DNA of 64,000 nucleotides from Escherichia coli (GTDB lineage Bacteria; Pseudomonadota; Gammaproteobacteria; Enterobacterales; Enterobacteriaceae): NCBI RefSeq assembly GCF_030384885.1, contig NZ_CP128613.1; one strand, 5' to 3'. Shown piece by piece: positions 57,472 to 64,000 of this stretch (position 1 is its first letter; each line of letters starts with the position of its first letter). The notes under the pieces were generated by a model. It saw only the letters and a program-made list of their open reading frames with translations, ran no database searches and was not told where the DNA came from. The position numbers and the translations under genes were made by a program.

Positions 57472-58137
57472 TTATAAATTACCTTCAATCATGATATTCT
57501 GATATTTGTTTAAGAGCGGTTTCATCCACTCAATAACATACTTAATGAATTCTGCATATTCGGTATTTGTTTGTGCCTTAGCTAACCATTGTTCAATTAT
57601 CTTTGCGCATTCATCTGAGGTAAATTCATTCCAGCTTGTGTAATCAAAAAATGTTTCACCATTGGCTAAAGGGTATAGTGACTTAATAGCCGGGGATAGT
57701 ATTTCAAAATCGCACTCATAAATAAAAAGACTAGCAACATTGTAATCCCATCCACCGTTAGGTTCCTCCTTGTAAGGATAGATAGAACAACCAATACGTC
57801 CATCACTACGGCGATGTTTTTTACGCAGAAAAATACGATGGCTTTTTTCGTATGCGTCAGTGTAATAATCGGGAACAGGTTGACTAAGAGCTGCACTGAA
57901 TGCTGTCAAAAATTTATCCCGTTCTTGTGGATGCATTTCCCGGTTGCATTGATAATTGATATTTATGTAATTATCTGTCCAGGAAATGTTACACATGTGA
58001 TTTTTGCTATTTACACAAAGTTCTGAGTTGGTAATGACTTCATTTATTTGCTGTATGCCCCAGTATTCACGGAAGAGCTCAAGTATTCTGATTTGTTGTT
58101 CTGCAATGCATATTGTTGTGTTGGTTGTGATTATCAT
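57472..58137 (-). CDS. Hypothetical protein, 221 aa, no recognisable motif
   Basis: Uninterrupted ORF on reverse strand 59 bp downstream of the 417-aa gene; AT-rich; weak RBS. Confidence 0.45.
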   Translation of the reverse strand: MIITTNTTICIAEQQIRILELFREYWGIQQINEVITNSELCVNSKNHMCNISWTDNYININYQCNREMHPQERDKFLTAFSAALSQPVPDYYTDAYEKSHRIFLRKKHRRSDGRIGCSIYPYKEEPNGGWDYNVASLFIYECDFEILSPAIKSLYPLANGETFFDYTSWNEFTSDECAKIIEQWLAKAQTNTEYAEFIKYVIEWMKPLLNKYQNIMIEGNL

Positions 58138-58196
58138 TTTAGTTATTTTGCTTCATTTCCAGATTTAAAAAGACATATCTTTCACTATTATTGCAG

Positions 58197-59450
58197 TTAA
58201 GACTGCTGATAAGACGTTGCCGTTGTCCGGCACTCCGGGCAGATAAACGCGTAAATCATCCCTTCGCCATATTGTTCAATATCGGCATAATCCAGTTGCG
58301 CAAGAAACATCATTGTGTGGGAACATTGCGGACAGAGAGGATATTCCGCGTCCTGAATCCAGGTTGGATGCCCGCCAAGTTGCGAGAAAGAGACAGGTAA
58401 AAATGGGTCTGCGGCAAATAACGGTGACCTAAGGTTTCCCTGTCTCATGCTGTTTACAGGGAGTCGACGCCATTCCGATACATCATCCGGCAGCCAGGCA
58501 GGCGGTGCAGACAAATGAGCGTTACCCCGTGAGTCTATGTAACCGAAAATGGTGCTATAGGCGGTGCAACATTCACACGTCACGACGCGAAACCTGCCTT
58601 TATCGCTAAGACCCGTTGCCTTCAGGTCAACGTCGAAAAGATTTGTTAGGGGCAATGCGCAATTTGGACAGGTATCGCTGCGTTCATCAACAACACGCAA
58701 AGCTTCGCAACACCCGGTGCTTTTCATCTCCAGATGAAAACAGTGAGGAAAATAGAGATTACGTCTCTGCCCTTCAGCGGTTAACTCCCAACCGGCCTCA
58801 TGCACATATTCTTCTGGCGCGATGTAAAGTGAACTGCGCCACAGCGGCGGGTTATTGCGCCAGTAGGCAAAACGTTCAACAACAACGTCATCCCCAATCC
58901 ATGCCAGACATTGCAGAATACAATTTCTGTTTTCTGCATCATCCTCAACCCGTTCTAACAGCGTATCGCGAACATCCGCTGGGGCGCGGTGGAAAGGCAG
59001 AGGAGAATAAGCGTCTAAATCATCATAAGAGATCCACTCTCGTAAATATGCATCCAGATTTGCCTGGGTAAACGCCGCCAGACAAAGACAAATCTCCTGA
59101 GCGTGTTCATATTCACCAGACGCAAAGCGTTCTGTGGCGCAATCAGCCATCAGCTGCGCTTGATCGGCAGTCAGTTGTTGATACAGGGCATCGGTGGGAA
59201 CGGGGCAGGGAGTCCAGTCGATTAACGCATCGAATTTCCGTGGCTGGTGAACTAATTTCAGCATGGCAATCGGATCGCTTAGCCCAGCAAACACATTCAC
59301 GGTCTTTTTATTTTTCCTGATATATTCATCGTGCTCACGCTGCTGTTGTGCCTGAACGCAGGGCATACAGTATCCGTCAGTACGCGCAGCGGTTTCCGGA
59401 AGAATGGTTGATGTACAAGCGGGGCTTTTACAGGGAATACGGTGAGTCAT
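58197..59450 (-). CDS. Hypothetical cysteine-rich protein with C-terminal DUF1963 (YwqG-like) domain
   Basis: 417 aa; ATG with AGGAGC 7 nt upstream; C-terminus LGGHPTWIQ...CPQCSHTMMFLAQLD...GEGMIYAFICPEC resembles the DUF1963 signature (GGxPxWxQ ... GDxGxLYFFxC) as I recall it; several additional CxxC pairs. Confidence 0.6.
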   Translation of the reverse strand: MTHRIPCKSPACTSTILPETAARTDGYCMPCVQAQQQREHDEYIRKNKKTVNVFAGLSDPIAMLKLVHQPRKFDALIDWTPCPVPTDALYQQLTADQAQLMADCATERFASGEYEHAQEICLCLAAFTQANLDAYLREWISYDDLDAYSPLPFHRAPADVRDTLLERVEDDAENRNCILQCLAWIGDDVVVERFAYWRNNPPLWRSSLYIAPEEYVHEAGWELTAEGQRRNLYFPHCFHLEMKSTGCCEALRVVDERSDTCPNCALPLTNLFDVDLKATGLSDKGRFRVVTCECCTAYSTIFGYIDSRGNAHLSAPPAWLPDDVSEWRRLPVNSMRQGNLRSPLFAADPFLPVSFSQLGGHPTWIQDAEYPLCPQCSHTMMFLAQLDYADIEQYGEGMIYAFICPECRTTATSYQQS

Positions 59451-59588
59451 AGAGGCGCTCCTTGCCTGAGGATATTAAGTCGAAAGAGATTATTATTAGA
59501 TATTAGGGTGTCACTATGGCACACAAATTAAAACAGCATTAATTTTATGCCACCAACCGAGGGTTATTTTTCTTTTATTTTCATGATA

Positions 59589-60491
<903 letters not shown>

Positions 60492-61361
60492 TTACCGCTT
60501 TCTCGAGTGTGCTTTCTGGTTGTCAAACCAGTGGAAATAACTGATCACGCCTTCGGCAATGGCTGTGGCGATTTTCTGGCGAAATGCCGCCGTGCCTAAC
60601 AGCCGCTCTTCTTCCGGGTTGGTGATAAAAGAAGTTTCCACCAGCACCGAAGGAACCGACGGCGATTTCAACACCACAAACGCGGCTTGTTCGGTATTGC
60701 GACTGTGCAGCTTATGCACCGGCTTAATCTTTTTCAGAATATGCGAGCCAAGCGTCAGGCTGTTTTTAATGGTATCGGTTTGCACCAGATCAAACAGCAC
60801 TTGCTGCAATAGGTGATCCTTGTCAGTCGCTTTTTTACCGGCAACTTCATCAGCGCGGTTTTCGCGTTCAGACAGGTATTTCGCCATTGCGCTACTTGCG
60901 CCGCGGTTAGAGAGAGCAAATACCGAAGCACCGGCAGCTTTCGGGTTAGTAAAGCCGTCGGCGTGAATTGACATAAACAGGTCAGCGCCATGTTTATGGG
61001 CGATTTCAACGCGATCGTACAGCGGGATAAACGTATCGCCAGAACGCGTTAGACGCGCATCAATGCCATGATTACGCAATATGGAACGGACGTTTTTGGC
61101 AATCGCCAGCACCACATGTTTTTCTTTCGATCCATTGCGACCAATCGCTCCGGTATCAATTCCGCCGTGGCCTGGATCGAGAACAACGACACGTTTGCCG
61201 CCACTTTTTTTGGCTTTCGGCTTACTGTGTCCGTTACTGGTTTTTAAAGGTTCTTCTTTGGCGATGGCTTGCGACATTCCTGACAACGTCAGGGCAGCCA
61301 ATCCGGCTTTCAGCACCTGGCGGCGCGAAGTGAGTGTTTTTAGTGGTTTAAAAGTGCTCAT
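60492..61361 (-). CDS. amiA: N-acetylmuramoyl-L-alanine amidase AmiA
   Basis: 289 aa with twin-arginine signal (SRRQVLKAGLAALTL) and amidase_3 domain. Confidence 0.9.
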   Translation of the reverse strand: MSTFKPLKTLTSRRQVLKAGLAALTLSGMSQAIAKEEPLKTSNGHSKPKAKKSGGKRVVVLDPGHGGIDTGAIGRNGSKEKHVVLAIAKNVRSILRNHGIDARLTRSGDTFIPLYDRVEIAHKHGADLFMSIHADGFTNPKAAGASVFALSNRGASSAMAKYLSERENRADEVAGKKATDKDHLLQQVLFDLVQTDTIKNSLTLGSHILKKIKPVHKLHSRNTEQAAFVVLKSPSVPSVLVETSFITNPEEERLLGTAAFRQKIATAIAEGVISYFHWFDNQKAHSRKR

Positions 61362-61574
61362 ACGGCCTGAGTTGTAATAATAAAGTTCCAGATGTTATAT
61401 CGTATCGCGTAATCCGTTACGACCGTTTGCTGTTGAGAATTGTTTTACTTTTCATTTCAATAGTTGACAACTCCCCATTATGCCACTTTTTCAACCGATT
61501 TTCGTCAGATATTGGCTAATTCGACCGTTCACGCCATAATCAGCCTTTTAACCCGCAAAAAGGTAACGAATACC

Positions 61575-62000
61575 ATGGAGATACGCGTATTTCGCCAGGA
61601 AGATTTCGAAGAGGTCATCACCCTTTGGGAGCGTTGCGACTTGCTGCGTCCGTGGAACGATCCGGAAATGGACATCGAGCGTAAGATGAACCATGACGTC
61701 AGTTTGTTCCTGGTCGCCGAGGTGAACGGTGAAGTGGTCGGAACGGTGATGGGCGGTTATGACGGGCATCGCGGGTCTGCTTATTATCTTGGCGTGCATC
61801 CAGAGTTTCGTGGGCGTGGGATTGCTAATGCGTTGCTTAATCGGTTGGAGAAAAAGCTGATTGCTCGCGGCTGCCCGAAAATTCAGATCAACGTGCCGGA
61901 AGATAACGACATGGTGCTCGGAATGTATGAACGCCTGGGATATGAACACGCCGACGTGCTGAGTCTGGGTAAGCGTTTGATTGAAGATGAAGAGTACTGA
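61575..62000 (+). CDS. ypeA: GNAT-family acetyltransferase YpeA
   Basis: [21 protein letters not shown]..., 141 aa from internal Met; GNAT motif [10 protein letters not shown]. Confidence 0.85.
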
Positions 62001-62436
62001 GTTTCATCCTGTCCATTATGATGCGCACGGTCGCCTGCGTTTACCCTTGCTCTTCTGGCTTGTGCTATTGCTTCAGGCGCGAACCTGGGTGCTGTTTGTC
62101 ATTGCCGGTGCGTCGCGTGAGCAGGGTACTGCGCTGTTGAATCTGTTTTATCCCGATCACGATAATTTCTGGCTGGGGTTAATTCCTGGCATTCCTGCGG
62201 TGCTGGCGTTTTTGTTGAGCGGTCGGCGGGCTACGTTTCCTCGCATCTGGCATGTGCTCTATTTTCTGTTGCTGTTGGCGCAGGTGGTTTTACTTTGCTG
62301 GCAACCGTGGCTGTGGCTGAACGGTGAATCCGTTAGCGGTATCGGTCTGGCGCTGGTAGTGGCGGATATTGTGGCGTTAATTTGGCTTTTGACCAATCGA
62401 CGTTTACGCGCTTGTTTTAATGAAGAAAAAGAATAA
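61987..62436 (+). CDS. yfeZ: Inner-membrane protein YfeZ
   Basis: ~149-aa hydrophobic ORF overlapping ypeA 3' end. Confidence 0.8.
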
Positions 62437-62496
62437 CGGCACTTTTTTGCAAATTCGCACTCCAAGCAACGTTATTGAATAACCAAAGGAAGTGAC

Positions 62497-63072
62497 ATGA
62501 AATCGCTGCGTTTAATGTTATGCGCTATGCCGTTGATGCTGACCGGCTGTTCAACGATGTCGTCAGTTAACTGGTCTGCCGCTAACCCGTGGAACTGGTT
62601 TGGGTCGTCCACCAAAGTGAGCGAGCAGGGCGTGGGTGAATTAACGGCGTCCACACCACTGCAAGAACAAGCTATTGCCGATGCGCTTGATGGTGATTAT
62701 CGCCTGCGCAGCGGAATGAAAACCGCGAACGGCAATGTAGTGCGCTTTTTGGAAGTGATGAAAGGCGACAACGTGGCGATGGTAATTAACGGCGATCAGG
62801 GCACGATCAGCCGCATAGATGTGCTGGATAGCGATATTCCTGCTGACACCGGTGTTAAAATCGGTACACCGTTTAGCGACCTTTACAGCAAAGCATTTGG
62901 CAATTGCCAAAAAGCCGACGGTGATGATAATCGTGCTGTCGAATGTAAAGCCGAAGGCAGTCAACATATTAGCTACCAGTTCAGCGGGGAATGGAGTGGT
63001 CCGGAAGGGTTAATGCCTTCGGACGATACCCTGAAAAACTGGAAAGTCAGTAAAATTATCTGGCGGCGTTAA
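62497..63072 (+). CDS. yfeY: Lipoprotein YfeY
   Basis: MKSLRLMLCAMPLMLTGCSTM lipobox; 191 aa. Confidence 0.85.
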   Translation: MKSLRLMLCAMPLMLTGCSTMSSVNWSAANPWNWFGSSTKVSEQGVGELTASTPLQEQAIADALDGDYRLRSGMKTANGNVVRFLEVMKGDNVAMVINGDQGTISRIDVLDSDIPADTGVKIGTPFSDLYSKAFGNCQKADGDDNRAVECKAEGSQHISYQFSGEWSGPEGLMPSDDTLKNWKVSKIIWRR

Positions 63073-63083
63073 TTTGCGTCTGA

Positions 63084-64000
<917 letters not shown>

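Overview
This window reads as an Escherichia coli chromosomal segment, colinear with the K-12 map from bepA/perM through the hyf (hydrogenase-4) operon, bcp-gcvR-dapA-bamC-purC, ypfJ-tmcA-ypfH-dapE, acrD, narQ, aegA, nudK, tktB-talA, maeB and the complete eut (ethanolamine utilisation) operon to hemF-amiA-ypeA-yfeZ-yfeY-yfeX. Gene calls rest on my recognition of the translated proteins, their motifs and the conserved gene order; no database search was run. Start codons were refined by eye where the ORF track over-extends the N-terminus. Most of the window is ordinary core genome with no rRNA, tRNA, CRISPR array or recognisable mobile element. Three things stand out. (1) About 3.85 kb between the convergent 3' ends of eutR and hemF (55736..59588) is a strain-variable insertion, adjacent in K-12 as I recall it, carrying four uncharacterised genes: a Sel1-repeat gene with an in-frame TAA, a translationally coupled secreted protein with an Asp-box motif, a 221-aa orphan, and a cysteine-rich protein with a DUF1963/YwqG-like C-terminus. 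This is the best candidate for an undescribed system, possibly an orphan immunity or toxin-immunity type islet, but function is not established. (2) eutH is interrupted by an in-frame TAG at 49436..49438. (3) eutA and eutB are directly adjacent, so the CPZ-55 prophage that splits the K-12 eut operon is absent; this is not a K-12 genome. Repeat elements (REP/BIME, a 14-bp x4 tandem repeat), a sigma-54 promoter for hyf, and PurR and BaeR operator candidates are also listed.
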